Shown: positions 34,190 through 49,400 of the stretch, piece by piece
Position numbering within the stretch: position 1 is the first letter of the stretch
How the letters are laid out: the number at the start of each line of letters is the position of its first letter
Source: Azolla caroliniana
Lineage: Eukaryota > Plantae > Polypodiophyta
Length of the DNA stretch: 64,000 nt
NCBI GenBank assembly: GCA_043228905.1
Contig: JBHGNT010000074.1
Coordinates: 54,670 to 118,669 of the forward strand
Reading direction: 5' to 3'
Notes under the pieces: model-generated
What the model was told of the DNA's origin: nothing
Databases searched by the model: none
The model's input: only the letters and a program-made list of their open reading frames with translations
Program-made: the position numbers and the translations under genes

Positions 34190-34790
34190 TCTTCATATCT
34201 GGCCCATGTGATATCGGATTTTAGTGTTCAAAGATGCAAATCGAAGCAAACAACGCTATCTATGAATTTGAATTAAAAAATCAAGATTTTGAAACTCAAG
34301 TCGATATACCTGAAGAAATTACCAAATTTGAGGAGGGAGTTGAGAAGAGATCGTGAGTAAATTAAAATGGTCATACCTGGCCCATGTGATATCGGAATTT
34401 AGTGTTCAAAGAAGCGAAACGAAGGTAACAACGCTAGCTCTGATATGGAATTAAAAAATCAAGATTTTGGAACTCAGATCAATAGACATGAAGAAATTAC
34501 CAAATTAGAGGAGGGAGTTGAGAAGAGCGCCTCAGTATATTAAAATCTTCATACCTGGCCCATGTGATATCGGATTTTAGTGTTCAAAGATGCAAATCGA
34601 AGCAAACAAAGCTATCTATGAATTTGAATTAAAAAATCAAGATTTTGAAACTCAAGTCGATATACCTGAAGAAATTACCAAATTTGAGGAGGGAGTTGAG
34701 AAGAGATCGTGAGTAAATTAAAATGGTCATACCTGGCCCATGTGATATCGGAATTTAGTGTTCAAAGATGCGAATCGAAGGTAACAACGC
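34190..34790 (+). repeat. Local 2-mer (356-bp) duplication
   Basis: gatatacctgaag / gagatcgtgag / aaatggtcat recur 356 bp apart (gg at 34369 and 34725). Confidence 0.75.
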
Positions 34791-37700
34791 TAGCTCTGAT
34801 ATGGAATTAAAAAATCAAGATTTTGAAACTCAGATCGACAGACATGAAGAAATTACCAAATTAGAGGAGGGAGTTGAGAAGAGCGCGTCAGTATGTTAAA
34901 ATATTCATACCTGGCCCATGTGATATCGGATTTTAGTGTCCAAAGATGCGAATCGAAGGTAACAACACTAGCTATGAAATGGAATTAAAAAATCAAGATT
35001 TTGAAGCTCAGATCGACAGACATGAAGAAATTACCAAATTAGAGGAGGGAGTTGTGAAGAGCACGTTAGTATATTAAAATCTTCATACCTGGCCCATGTG
35101 ATATCGGATTTTAGTGTTCAAAGATGCGAATCGAAGATAACAACACTAGCTATGATATGGAATTAAAAAATCAAGATCTTGAAACTCATGTCGAGAGATA
35201 TGAAGAAATGCTCAAGTTAGAGTAGGGAGTTGAGAAGAGCCTGTGAGTAAATTAAAATGTTCATACCTGGCCCATGTGATATCGGATTTTAGTGTTCAAA
35301 GATGCGAATCGAAGGTAACAACGCTAGCTCTGATATGGAATTAAAAAATCAAGATTTTGAAACTCAGATCGAGAGACATGAAGAAATTACCAAATTAGAG
35401 GAGGGAGTTGAGAAGAGCGCGTCAGTATATTGAAATCTTCATACCTGGCCCATGTGATATCGGATTTGAGTGCTCAAAGATGCGAATCGAAGCTAACAAC
35501 ACTAGCTATGATATGGAATTAAAAAATGTAGATTTTAAAACTCAAGTCGAGAGACATGAAGAAATTCGCAAGTTAGAGGAGGGAGTTGAGAAGAGCCCAT
35601 GAGTAAATTAAAATGTTCGTACCTGGCCCATGTGATATCGGATTTTAGTGTTCAAACATACGAATCGAAGCTAACAATGCTAGCTCTGATATGGAATTAA
35701 AAAATCAAGATTTTGAAACTCAGATCGACAGACATGAAGAAATTACCAAATTAGAGGAGGGAGTTGAGAAGAGCGCGTCAGTATATTAAAATCTTCATAC
35801 CTGGCCCATGTGATATCGGATTTTAGTGTTCAAAGATGCGAATCGAAGGTAACAACACTAGCTATGATATGGAATTAAAAAATCAAGATCTTGAAACTCA
35901 TGTCGAGAGACATAAAGAAATTACCAAATTAGAGGAGGGAGTTGAAAAGAGCGCGTCAGTATACTAAAATGTTCATAACTAGCCCATGTGATATCGGATT
36001 TTTGTGTTCAAAGATGCGAATCGAAGCTAACAAGACTAGCTATGATATGGAATTAAAAACTCAAGATTTTGAAACTCAGATTGACAGACATGAAGAAATT
36101 ACCAAATTTTAGGAAGGAGTTGAGAACAGCGTGTCAGTAAATTAAAATGTTCATACCTAGCTCGGGTGATCCCGGATTTTTGTGTTCAAAGATGCGAATC
36201 AAAGCTAACAACACTAGCTATGATATGGAATTCTAAAATGTAGATTTTAAAACTCAAGTCGAGAGACATGAAGAAATTCGCAAGGTAGAGGAGGGAGTTG
36301 AGAAGAGCCCGTGAGTAAATTAAAATATTCATACCTGGCCCATGTGATATCGGATTTTAGTGTTCAAGGATGCAAATCGAGGCTAACAACGCTATCTATG
36401 AATTTGAATTAAAAAATCAAGATTTTGAAACTCAAGTCGATATACATGAAGAAATTCGCAAGTTAGAGGAGGGAGTTGAGAAGAGCCCGTGAATAATTCA
36501 AAATGTTCATACCTGGCCCATGTGATATCGGATTTTAGAGTTCAAAGATGCGAATCGAAGCTAACAACGCTAGCTCTGATATGGAATTAAAAAATGTAGA
36601 TTTTAAAACTCAAGTCGAGAGACATGAAGAAATTCGCAAGTTAGAGGAGGGAGTTGAGAAGAGCGGGTCAGTAAATTAAAATGTTCATACCTGGCTCGGG
36701 TGATACCGGATTTTTGTGTTCAAAGATGCGAATCGAAGCTAACAACACTAGCTATTATATGGAATTAAAAAATCAAGATTTTGAAACTCAAGTTGAGAGA
36801 CATGAATAAATTCGCAGGTTAGAGGAGGCAGTTGAAAAGAGCCCATGAGTAAATTAAAATGTTCATACCTGGCCCATGTGATATCGGAATTTAGTGTTCA
36901 AAGATGCGAAACGAAGATAAGAACGCTAGCTTTGATATGGAATTAAAAAATCAAGATTTTGAAACTCAGATCGACAGACATGAAGAAATTACCAAATTAG
37001 AGGAGGGAGTTGAGAAGAGCGCGTCAGTATGTTAAAATCTTCATACCTGGCCCATGTGATATCGGATTTTAGTGTCCAAAGATGCGAATCGAAGGTAACA
37101 ACACTAGAGGAGGGAGTTGAAAAGAGCGCGTTATGTCGAGAGACATAAAGAAATTACCAAATTAGAGGAGGGAGTTGAAAAGAGCGCGTTAGTATACTAA
37201 AATGTTCATAACTGGCCCATGTGATATCGGATTTTAGTGTTCAAAGATGCAAATCGAAGCTAACAACGCTATCTATGAATTTGAATTAAGAAATCAAGAT
37301 TTTGAAGCTCAAGTCGATATACATGAAGAAATTCGCAAGTTAGAGGAGGGAGTTCAGAAGAGCCCGTGAATAATTCAAAATGTTCATACCTGGCCCATGT
37401 GATATCGGATTTTAGAGTTCAAAGATGCGAATCGAAGCTAACAACGCTAGCTCTGATATGGAATTAAAAAATGTAGATTTTAAAACTCAAGTCGAGAGAC
37501 ATGAAGAAATTCGCAAGTTAGAGGAGGGAGTTGAGAAGAGCCCGTGAGTAAATTAAAATGTTCATACCTGGCCCATGTGATATCGGATTTTTGTGTTCAA
37601 AGATGCGAATCGAAGCTAACAACACTAGCTATGATATGGAATTAAAAAATGTAGATTTTAAAACTCAAGTCGAGAGACATGAAGAAATTCAAAAGTTAGA

Positions 37701-40700
37701 GGAGGGAGTTGAGAAGAGCCCGTGAGTAAATTAAAATGTTCATACCTGGCCCATGTGATATCGGATTTTAGTGTTCAAACAAACATACGAATCGAAGCTA
37801 ACAATGCTAGCTCTGATATCGAATTAAAAAATCTAGATTTTGAAACTCAGATCGACAGACGTGAAGAAATTACCAAATTAGAGGAGGGAGTTGAGAAGAG
37901 CGCGTCAGTATATTAAAATCTTCATACCTGGCCCATGTGATATCGGATTTTAGTGTTCAAAGATGCAAATCGAAGCAAACAACGCTATCTATGAATTTGA
38001 ATTAAAAAATCAAGATTTTGAAACTCAACTCGATATACCTGAAGAAATTACCAAATTTGAGGAGGGAGTTGAGAAGAGATCGTGAGTAAATTAAAATGTT
38101 CATACCTGGCCCATGTGATATCGGAATTTAGTGTTCAAAGATGCGAATCGAAGCTAACAACGCTAGCTCTGATATGGAATTAAAAAATCAAGATTTTGAA
38201 ACTCAGATCGACAGACATGAAGAAATTACCAAATTAGAGGAGGGAGTTGAGAAGAGCGCCTGAGTATGTTAAAATCTTCATACCTGGCCCATGTGATATC
38301 GGATTTTAGTGTCCAAAGATGCGAATCGAAGGTAACAACACTAGCTATGATATGGTATTAAAAAATCAAGATCTTGAAACTCATGTCGAGAGACATAAAG
38401 AAATTACCAAATTAGAGGAGGGAGTTGAAAAGAGCGCGTCAGTATACTAAAATGTTCATAACTGGCCCATGTGATATCGGATTTTTGTGTTCAAAGATGC
38501 GAATCGAAGCTAACAACACTAGCTATGATATGGAATTAAAAAATGCAGATTTTAAAACTCAAGTCGAGAGACATTAAAGAAATTCGCAAGTTAGAGGAGG
38601 GAGTTGAGAAGAGCCCATGAGTAAATTAAAATGTTCGTACCTGGCCCATGTGATATCGGATTTTAGTGTTCAAACATACGAATCGAAGCTAACAATGCCA
38701 GCTCTGATATGGAATTAAAAAATCAAGATTTTGAAACTCAGATCGACAGACATGAAGAAATTACCAAATTAGAGGAGGGAGTTGAGAAGAGCGCGTCAGT
38801 ATATTAAAATCTTCATACCTGGCCCATGTGATATCGGATTTTAGTGTTCAAAGATGCGAATCGAAGGTAACAACACTAGCTATGATATGGAATTAAAAAA
38901 TCAAGATCTTGAAACTCATGTCGAGAGACATAAAGAAATTACCAAATTAGAGGAGGGATTTGAAAAGAGCGCGTCAGTATACTAAAATGTTCATAACTAG
39001 CCCATGTGATATCGGATTTTTGTGTTCAAAGATGCGAATCGAAGCTAAAAAGACTAGCTATGATATGGAATTAAAAAATCAAGATTTTGAAACTCAGATT
39101 GACAGACATGAAGAAATTACCAAATTTGAGGAGGGAGTTGAGGAGAGCGGGTCAGTAAATTAAAATGTTCATATCTGGCTCGGGTGATCCCGGATTTTTG
39201 TGTTCAAAGATGCGAATCAAAGGTAACAACACTAGCTATGATATGGAATTCTAAATTGTAGATTTTAAAACTCAAGTCGAGAGACATGAAGAAATTCGCA
39301 AGTTAGAGGAGGGAGTTGAGAAGAGCCCGTGAGTAAATTAAAATATTCATACCTGGCCCATGTGATATCGGATTTTAGTGTTCAAGGATGCAAATCGAAG
39401 CTAACAACGCTATCTATGAATTTGAATTAAAAAATCAAGATTTTGAAACTCAAGTCGATATACATGAAGAAATTCGCAAGTTTGAGGAGGGAGTTGAGAA
39501 GAGGGCGTCAGTATATTAAAATGTTGATACCTGGCCTATGTGATATCAGATTTTAGTGTTCAAAGATGCGAATCGAAGCTAACAACACTAGCTATGATAT
39601 GGAATTAGAAAAAGTAGATTTTAAAACTCAAGTCGAGAGATATGAAGAAATTCGCTAGTTAGAGGAGGGAGTTGAGAAGAGCCCGTGAATAATTCAAAAT
39701 GTTCATACCTGGCCCATGTGATATCGGATTTTAGAGTTCAAAGATGCGAATCGAAGCTAACAACGCTAGCTCTGATATGGAATTAAAAAATGTAGATTTT
39801 AAAACTCAAGTCGAGAGACATGAAGAAATTCGCAAGTTAGAGGAGGGAGTTGAGAAGAGCGGGTCAGTAAATTAAAATGTTCATACCTGGCTCGGGTGAT
39901 ACCGGATTTTTGTGTTCAAAGATGCGAATCGAAGCTAACAACACTAGCTATTATATGGAATTAAAAAATCAAGATTTTGAAACTCAAGTTGAGAGACATG
40001 AATAAATTCGCAGGTTAGAGGAGGCAGTTGAAAAGAGCCCATGAGTAAATTAAAATGTTCATACCTGGCCCATGTGATATCGGAATTTAGTGTTCAAAGA
40101 TGCGAAACGAAGATAAGAACGATAGCTTTGATATGGAATTAAAAAATCAAGATTTTGAAACTCAGATCGACAGAGATGAAGAAATTACCAAATTAGAGGA
40201 GGGAGTTGAGAAGAGCGGGTCAGTAAATTAAAATGTTCATACCTGGGTCGGGTGATCCCGGATTTTTGTGTTCAAAGATGCGAATCGAAGCTAACAACAC
40301 TAGCTATGATATGGAATTAAAAAATCAAGATTTTGAAACTCAGATTGACAGAATTGAAGAAATTACCAAATTTGAGGAGGGAGTTGAGAAGAGCGTGTCA
40401 GTATATTAAAATCTTCATACCTGGCTCGGGTGATCCCGGATTTTAGTGTTCAAGGATGCAAATCGAAACTAACAACACTAGCTATGATATAAATTTAAAA
40501 AATCAAGATTTTGAAACTCAAGTCGAGAGACATGAAGAAATTCGCAAGTTAGAGGAGGGAGTTGAGAAGAGCCCGTGAGTAAATTAAAATGTTCATACCT
40601 GGCCCATGTGATATTGGATTTTAGTGTTCAAATATGCGAATCGAAGGTAACAACGCTAGCTCTGATATGGAATTAAAAAATCAAGATTTTGAAACTCAGA

Positions 40701-42479
40701 TCGACAGACATGAGGAAATTACCAAATTAGAGGAGGGAGTTGAGAAGAGCGCGTCAGTATACCTGGCCCATGTGATATCGGAGTTTAGTGTTCAAAGATG
40801 CAAATCGAAGCAAACAACGCTATCTATGAATTTGAATTAAAAAATCAAGATTTTGAAACTCAAGTCGATATACCTGAAGAAATTACCAAATTTGAGGAGG
40901 GAGTTGAGAAGAGATCGTGAGTAAATTAAAATGTTCATACCTGGCCCATGTGATATCGGAATTTAGTGTTCAAAGATGCGAATCGAAGCTAACAACGCTA
41001 GCTCTGATATGGAATTAAAAAATGTAGATTTTAAAACTCAAGTCGAGAGACATGAAGAAATTCGCAAGTTAGAGGAGGGAGTTGAGAAGAGCGGGTCAGT
41101 AAATTAAAATGTTCATACCTGGCTCGGGTGATAATGGATTTTTGTGTTCAAAGATGCGAATCGAAGCTAACAGCACTAGCTCTGATATGAAATTAAAAAA
41201 TGAGGATTTTGAAACTCAGATCGACAGACATGAAGAAATTACCAAATTAGAGGAGGGAGTTGAGAAGAGCGCGTCAGTATATTAAAATGTTCATACCTGG
41301 TCCATGTGATATCGGATTTTAGTGTTCAAACATGCGAAGCGAAGCGAATAACGCTACCTATAATATCGAATTAAAAAATGAGGATTTTAAAACTCAGATC
41401 GACAGACATGAAGAAATTACCAAATTTGAGGAGGGAGTTGATAAAAGCGCGTCAGTATATTAAAATGTTCATACCTTGCTCCGGTGATCCTGGATTTTAG
41501 TGTTCAAACATGCGAATCGAAGCTAACAACACTAGCTATGATATGGAATTAAAAAATCTAGATTTTAAAACTCAAGTCGAGAGACATGAAGAAATTCGCA
41601 AGTTAGAGGAGGGAGTTGAGAAGAGCCCGTGAGTAAATTAAAGTGTTCATACCTGGCCCATGTGATATCGGATTTTTGTGTTCAAAGATGCGAATCGAAG
41701 GTAACAACGCTAGATATGATATGGAATTAAAAAATCAGGATTTTGAAGCTAAAAAATGGAAATCGAAGCTAACAACTCTATCTATGAATTTGAATTAGAA
41801 AATCAAGATTTTGAAACTCAAGTGGATAGACATGAAGAAATTCGCAAGTTAGAGGAGGGAGTTGAGAAGAGCCCGTGAGTAATTTAAAATGTTCATACCT
41901 GGCCCATGTGATATCGGATTTTAGTGTTCAAACATACGAATCAAGATTTTGAAACTCAGATTGACAGACATGAAGAAATTACCAAATTTGAGGAGGGAGT
42001 TGAGAAGAGCGGGTCAGTAAATTAAAATGTTCATACCTGGCTCGGGTGATATCGGATTTTAGTGTTCAAAGATGCGAATCGAAGCTAACAACACTAGCTA
42101 TGATATAAAATTAAAAAATCAAGATTTTGAAACTCAAGTCGAGAGACATGATGAAATTCGCAAGTTAGAGGAGGGAGTTGAGAAGAGCCCGTGAGTAATT
42201 TAAAATATTCATACCTGGCCCATGTGATATCGGATTTTAGTGTTCAAACATGCGAATCGAAGGTAACAACGCTAGCTCTGATATGGAATTGAAAAATCAA
42301 GATTTTGATACTCAAATCGAGAGACATGAAGAAATTACCAAATTTGAGGAGGGAGTTGAGAAGAGCGGGTCAGTAAATTAAAATGTTCATACTTGGCCCA
42401 TGTGATATCGGATTTTGAAACTTAGATCGACACACCTGAAGAAATTAACAACGATACCTATGATTTTAATTTGAAAAAT

Positions 42480-45400
42480 TATAATTTTGAAACTCAGGTC
42501 GAGAGACATGACGAAATTAGCAAATTTGAGGACAGAGTTGAGAACTGCCCTTGAGCAAATCAAAATGTTCATACCTGGCTCGTGTGATATCGGATTTCTG
42601 TGTTCAAACATGCGAAACGAAGGTAACAACGCTAGCCTTTATATGGAATTAAGAAACCAAGATTTTGAAACTCAGGTCGAGAGACATGACGAAATTAGCA
42701 AATTTGAGGAGGGAGTGGAAAAAAGTGCATGAGCAAATTAATATGTTCATACCTGGCTCGTGTGATATCGGATTTCTGTGTTCAAACAAGCGAATCAAAG
42801 CTAACAACGCTAACTATGATATGGAATTAAAAAACCAAGATTTTAAAACTTAGGTCGAGAGACATGAACAAAATTAGCAAACTTGAGGAGGGAGTTGAGA
42901 AGAGCCCTTGAGCAAATTAAAATGTTCATACCTGGCTTGTGTGATATCGGATTTTTGTCTTCAAACATGCGAATCGAAGATAACAACGCAAGGTATGATA
43001 TGAAATTAAAAAACCAATATTTTGAAACTCAGGTCGGGAGACATGACGAAATTAGCATATTTGAGGAGGTAGTGGAGAAGAGCCCTTGAGCAAATTAAAA
43101 TGTTCATACCTGGCTCCTGTGATCGAAGCTAACAACGCTAGCTATGATATAGAATTAAAAGACCAAGATTTTGAAACTCAGGTCGAGAGATATGAAAAAA
43201 TTAGCAAATTTTAGGAGGGAGTGGAGAAGAGCCATTGATCAAATTAAAATGTTCATAGCTGGCTGGTGTGATATCTGATTTTTGTGTTCAAACATGCAAA
43301 TCGAAGCTAACAACGCTAGCTATAATATGTAACTAAAAAATCAAGATTTCGAAACTCAGGTCGAGAGACATGAACAAAATTAGCAAACTTGAGGAGGGAG
43401 TTGAGAAGAGTCCTTCAGCAAATTAAAATGTTCATACCTGGCTGATGTGATATCAGATTTTTGTGTTCAAACTTGCGAATCAAAGCTAACAACGGTAGCT
43501 ATGATATGGAATTAAAAAATAAAGATTTTGATACTTAGGTCGAGAGATATGAACAAAATTAGCAAACTTGAGGAGGGAGTTTAGAAGAGCCCTTGAGAAA
43601 ATTAAAATATTCATACCTGGGTCGTGTGATAACGGATTTCTGTATTCAAACATGCGAATCGAAGCTAACAACGCTAGCTATGATATGGAATTAAAAAACC
43701 AAGATTTTGAAACTCAGGTCGAGAGATATTTAAAATTAGCAAATTTTAGGAGGGAGTGGAGAAGAGCCCTTGATCAAATTAAAATGTTCATAGCTGGCTG
43801 GTGTGATATCTGATTTTTGTGTTCAAACATGCGAATCGAAGCTAACAACGCTAGCTATAATATGTAACTAAAAAATCAAGATTTCGAAACTCAGGTCGAT
43901 AGACATGAACAAAATTAGCAAACTTGAGGAGGGAGTTTAGAAGAGCCCTTGAGCAAATTAAAATGTTCATACCTGGCTCGTATGATAACGGATTTCTGTG
44001 TTGAAACATGCGAATCGAAGCTAACAACGCTAGCTATGATATGGAATTAAAAAACCAAGATTTTGAAACTCAGGTCGAGAGACATAAACAAAATTAGCAA
44101 ACTTGAGGAGGGAGTTGAGAAGAGCCATTGAGAAAATTAAAATGTTCATACCTGGCTCGTGTGATATCGGATTTCTGTGTTCAAACATGCGAATCGAAGC
44201 GAACAACGCTAGCTATGATATGGAATTAAAAAACCAAGATTTTGAAACTCAGGTCGAGAGATATGAAAAAATTAGCAAATTTTAGGAGGGAGTGGAGAAG
44301 AGCCATTGATCAAATTAAAATGTTCATAGCTGGCTGGTGTGATATCTGATTTTTGTGTTCAAACATGCAAATCGAAGCTAACAACGCTAGCTATAATATG
44401 TAACTAAAAAATCAAGATTTCGAAACTCAGGTCGAGAGACATGAACAAAATTAGCAAACTTGAGGAGGGAGTTGAGAAGAGTCCTTCAGCAAATTAAAAT
44501 GTTCATACCTGGCTCGTGTGATATCGGATTTCTGTGTTCAAACATGCGAAACGAAGCTAATAACGCTAATTATGATATGAAATTAAAAAACCGAGATTTT
44601 GAAACTCAGGTCGAGAGATATGAAAAAATTAGCAAATTTTAGGAGGGAGTGGAGAAGAGCCCTTGATCAAATTAAAATGTTCATAGCTGGCTGGTGTGAT
44701 ATCGGATTTTTGTGTTCAAACATGCGAATCGAAGCTAACAACGCTAGCTATGATATGTAACTAAAAAGTAAAGATTTCGAAACTCAGGTCGAGAGACATG
44801 AACAAAATTAGCAAACTTGAGGAGGGAGTTGAGAAGAGTCCTTCAACAAATTAAAATGTTCATACCTGGCTCGTGTGATATCGGATTTTTGTGTTCAAAC
44901 AAGCGAATCGAAGCTAACAACGCTAGCTATGATATGGAATTAAAAAACCAAGATTTTGAAACTTAGGTCGAGAGACATGACTAAAATTAGCAAATTTGAG
45001 GAGGGAGGTGAGAAGGTCCCGTGAGTAAATTAAAATGTTCATACCTGGCTGCTATATTATCGGATTTCAATGTTCAAACATTGGAATCGAAGCTAACAAC
45101 GCTAGCTATGACATGGAATTAAAAAATCGAGATGTTGAAACTCAGGTCGAGAGACATGATGAAATTAGCAAATTTGAGGAGGGAGTTGAGAAGATCCTAA
45201 GAGTAAATTAAAATGTTCATATCTGGCTCGTGTCATATCGGACTTTTGTTTTCAAATATGCGTATCGAAGCTAACAACGCTATCTATGATATGGAATTGA
45301 AAAATTAAGATTTTGAAACTCAGATAGAGAGACATGAAGAAATTAGCAAATTTGAGGAGGGACTTTAAAAGAGCCCGTGAGTAGATTAAAATGTTCATAC

Positions 45401-46058
45401 CTGGCTCGTGTGATATCGGACTTTTGTGTTAAAACCTGCGAATCGAACCTAACAATGCTAGCTATGACATGAAATTAAAAAATCGAGATTTTGAAATTCA
45501 GGTCGAGAGACATGAAGAAATTAGCAAATTTGAGGAGGGAGGTGAGAAGGTCCCATGGGTAAATTAAAATGTTCATACCTGGCTGCTGTATTATCGGATT
45601 TCAATGTTCAAACATTGGAATCGAAGCTAACAACGCTAGCTATGACATGGAATTAAAAAATCGAGATGTTGAAACTCAGGTCGAGATACGTGATGAAATT
45701 AGCAAATTTGAGGAGGGAGTTGAGAAGATCCTATGAGTAAATTAAAATGTTCATATCTGGCTCGTGTGATATCGGTCTTTTGTTTTCAGATATGCGTATC
45801 GAAGCTAAGAACGCTATCTATAATATGGAATTGAAAAATTAAGATTTTAAAACTCAGGTGGAGAGACATGAAGAAATTAGCAAATTTGAGGAGGGACTTG
45901 AGAAGAGCCCGTGAGTAGATTAAAATGTTCATACCTGGCTCGTGTGATATCAGATTTTTATGTTCAAACATGCGGATCGAAGCTAACAACGCTAGCTATG
46001 ATATGGAATTAAAAAATAAAGATTTTGAAACTTAGATCTAAAGAAATGAAGAAATTCC
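42480..46058 (+). repeat. Divergent satellite subfamily block B, copy 2
   Basis: Same diagnostic variants and the same unique entry (cttagatcgacacacctgaagaaattaacaacg) and exit (cttagatctaaagaaatgaagaaattcc) junctions as 4127..8708. Confidence 0.9.
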
Positions 46059-46454
46059 CAAATTTGAGGAGGGAGTTGAGAAGAGCGGGTCAGTAAATTA
46101 AAATGTTCATACCTGGCTCGGGTGATCCCGGATTTTTGTATTCAAAGATGCGAATCGAAGCTAACAACACTAGCTATGATATGCAATTAAAAAATCAAGA
46201 TTTTGAAACTCAAGTCGAGAGACATGAAGAAATTCGCAAGTTAGAGGAGGGAGTTGAGAAGAGCCCGTCAGTACATTAAAATGTTCATACCTGGCCCATG
46301 TGATATCGGATTTTTGTGTTCAAAGATGCGAATCGAAGGTAACAACGCTAGCTCTGATATGGAATTAAAAAATCGAGATTTTGAAACTCAGATTGACAGA
46401 CATGAAGAAATTACCAAAATAGAGGGGGGAGTTGAGAAGAGCGCGTCAGTATAT

Positions 46455-49400
46455 TAAAATGTTCATACCTGGCCCATGTGATATCGGATTTTTGTGTTCA
46501 AAGATGCGAATCGAAGGTAACAACGCTAGCTCTGATATGGAATTAAAAAATCAAGATTTTGAAACTCAGATCGACAGACATGAAGAAATTACCAAAATAG
46601 AGGGGGGAGTTGAGAAGAGCGCGTCAGTATATTAAAATGTTCATACCTGGCCCATGTGATATCGGATTTTAGTGTTCAAACATGCAAATCGAAGCTAATA
46701 ACGGTACCTATGACATGGAATTAAAAAATCAAGATTTTCAAACTCAGATCGACAGACATGAAGAAATTACGAAATTTGAGGAGGGAGTTGAGAAGAGTGC
46801 GTCCGTATATAAAAATGTTCATACCTAGCTCGGATGATCTCGGATTTTTGTGTTGAAAGATGCGAATCGAAACTAACTACACTAGCTATGATATGAAATT
46901 AAAAAATCCAGATTTTGAAACTCAAGTTGAGAGACATTAAGAAATTCGCAAGTTAGAGGAGGGAGTTGAGAAGAGCCCGTGAGTAAATTAAAATGTTCAT
47001 ACCTGGCCCATGTGATATCGGATTTTAGTGTTCAAAGATGCGAATCGAAGCTAACAACACTAGCTATGATATGGAATTAAAAAATCAAGATTTTGAAACT
47101 CAAGTCGAGAGACATGAAGAAATTCGCAAGTTAGAGGAGGGAGTTGAGAAGAGCCCGTTAGTACATTAAAATGTTCATACCTGGCCCATGTGATATCGGA
47201 TTTTTGTGTTCAAAGATGCGAATCGAAGGTAACAACGCTAGCTCTGATATGGAATTAAAAAATCAAGATTTTGAAACTCAGATTGACAGACATGAAGAAA
47301 TTACCAAAATAGAGGGGGGAGTTGAGAAGAGCGCGTCAGTATATTACCTGGCTCGGGTGAGCCCGGATTTTTGTGTTGAAAGATGTGAATTGAAGCTAAC
47401 AACACTAGCTATGATATGGAATTAAAAAATGTAGATTTTAAAACTCAAGTCGAGAGACGTGAAGAAATTTACAAGTTAGAGGAGGGAGTTGAGAAGAGTT
47501 CGTGCGTAATTTAAAATGTTCATACCTGACCCATGTGATATCGGATTTTAGTGTTCAAAGATGCGAATCGAAATCAACAACGCTACCTATGATGTGGAAT
47601 TAGAAAATCAAGATTTTGAAACTCAGATCGAGAGACATGAAGAAATTACCAAATTTGAGGAGGGAGTTGAGAAGAACGCGTCAGTAAATTAAAATGTTCA
47701 TACCTGGCTCAGGTGATCCCGGATTTTAGTGTTCAAAGATGCGAATCGAAGCTAACAACACTAGCTATGATATGGAATGAAAAAATCAAACTTTTGAAAC
47801 TCAAGTCGAGAGACATGAAGAAATTCGCAAGTTAGAGGAGGGAGTTGAGAAGAGCCCGTGAGTAAATTAAAATGTTCATACCTGGCCCATGTGATATCGG
47901 ATTTTAGTGTTCAAAGATGCGAATCGAAAGTAACATTGCTAGCTCTGATATGGAATTAAAAAATCAAGATTTTGAAACTCAGATCGACAGACATGAAGAA
48001 ATGCTCAAGTTAGAGGAGGGAGTTGAGAAGAGCCCGTGAGTAAATTAAAATGTTCATACCTGGCCCATGTGATATCGGATTTTTGTGTTGAAAGATGCGA
48101 ATCGAAGCTAACAACACTAGCTATGATATGGAATTAAAAAATGTAGATTTTGAAACTCAAGTCGACAGACATGAGGAATTTACCAAATTAGAGGAGGGAG
48201 TTGAGAAGAGCGCGTAAGTATATTAAAATGTTCATACCTGGCCCATGTGATATCGGATTTTAGTGTTCAAAAATGCGAATCGAAGCTAACAACGCTATCT
48301 ATGAATTTGAATTAAAAAATCAACATTTTGAAACTCAAGTCGATATACATGAAGAAATTCGCAAGTTAGAGGAGGGAGTTGAGAAGAGCCCGTGAGTAAT
48401 TTAAAATGTTCATACCTGGCCCATGTGATATCGGATTTTTGTGTTCAAAGATGCGAATCGAAGGTAACAACGCTAGCTCTGATATGGAATTAAAAAATCA
48501 AGATTTTGAAACTCAGATCGACAGACATGAAGAAATTACCAAAATAGAGGGGGGAGTTGAGAAGAGCGCGTCAGTATATTAAAATGTTCATACCTGGCCC
48601 ATGTGATATCGGATTTTAGTGTTCAAACATGCAAATCGAAGCTAATAACGGTACCTATGACATGGAATTAAAAAATCAAGATTTTCAAACTCAGATCGAC
48701 AGACATGAAGAAATTACGAAATTTGAGGAGGGAGTTGAGAAGAGTGCGTCCGTATATAAAAATGTTCATACCTAGCTCGGATGATCTCGGATTTTTGTGT
48801 TGAAAGATGCGAATCGAAACTAACTACACTAGCTATGATATGAAATTAAAAAATCCAGATTTTGAAACTCAAGTTGAGAGACATTAAGAAATTCGCAAGT
48901 TAGAGGAGGGAGTTGAGAAGAGCCCGTGAGTAAATTAAAATGTTCATACCTGGCCCATGTGATATCGGATTTTAGTGTTCAAAGATGCGAATCGAAGCTA
49001 ACAACACTAGCTATGATATGGAATTAAAAAATCAAGATTTTGAAACTCAAGTCGAGAGACATGAAGAAATTCGCAAGTTAGAGGAGGGAGTTGAGAAGAG
49101 CCCGTTAGTACATTAAAATGTTCATACCTGGCCCATGTGATATCGGATTTTTGTGTTCAAAGATGCGAATCGAAGGTAACAACGCTAGCTCTGATATGGA
49201 ATTAAAAAATCAAGATTTTGAAACTCAGATTGACAGACATGAAGAAATTACCAAAATAGAGGGGGGAGTTGAGAAGAGCGCGTCAGTATATTACCTGGCT
49301 CGGGTGAGCCCGGATTTTTGTGTTGAAAGATGTGAATTGAAGCTAACAACACTAGCTATGATATGGAATTAAAAAATGTAGATTTTAAAACTCAAGTCGA

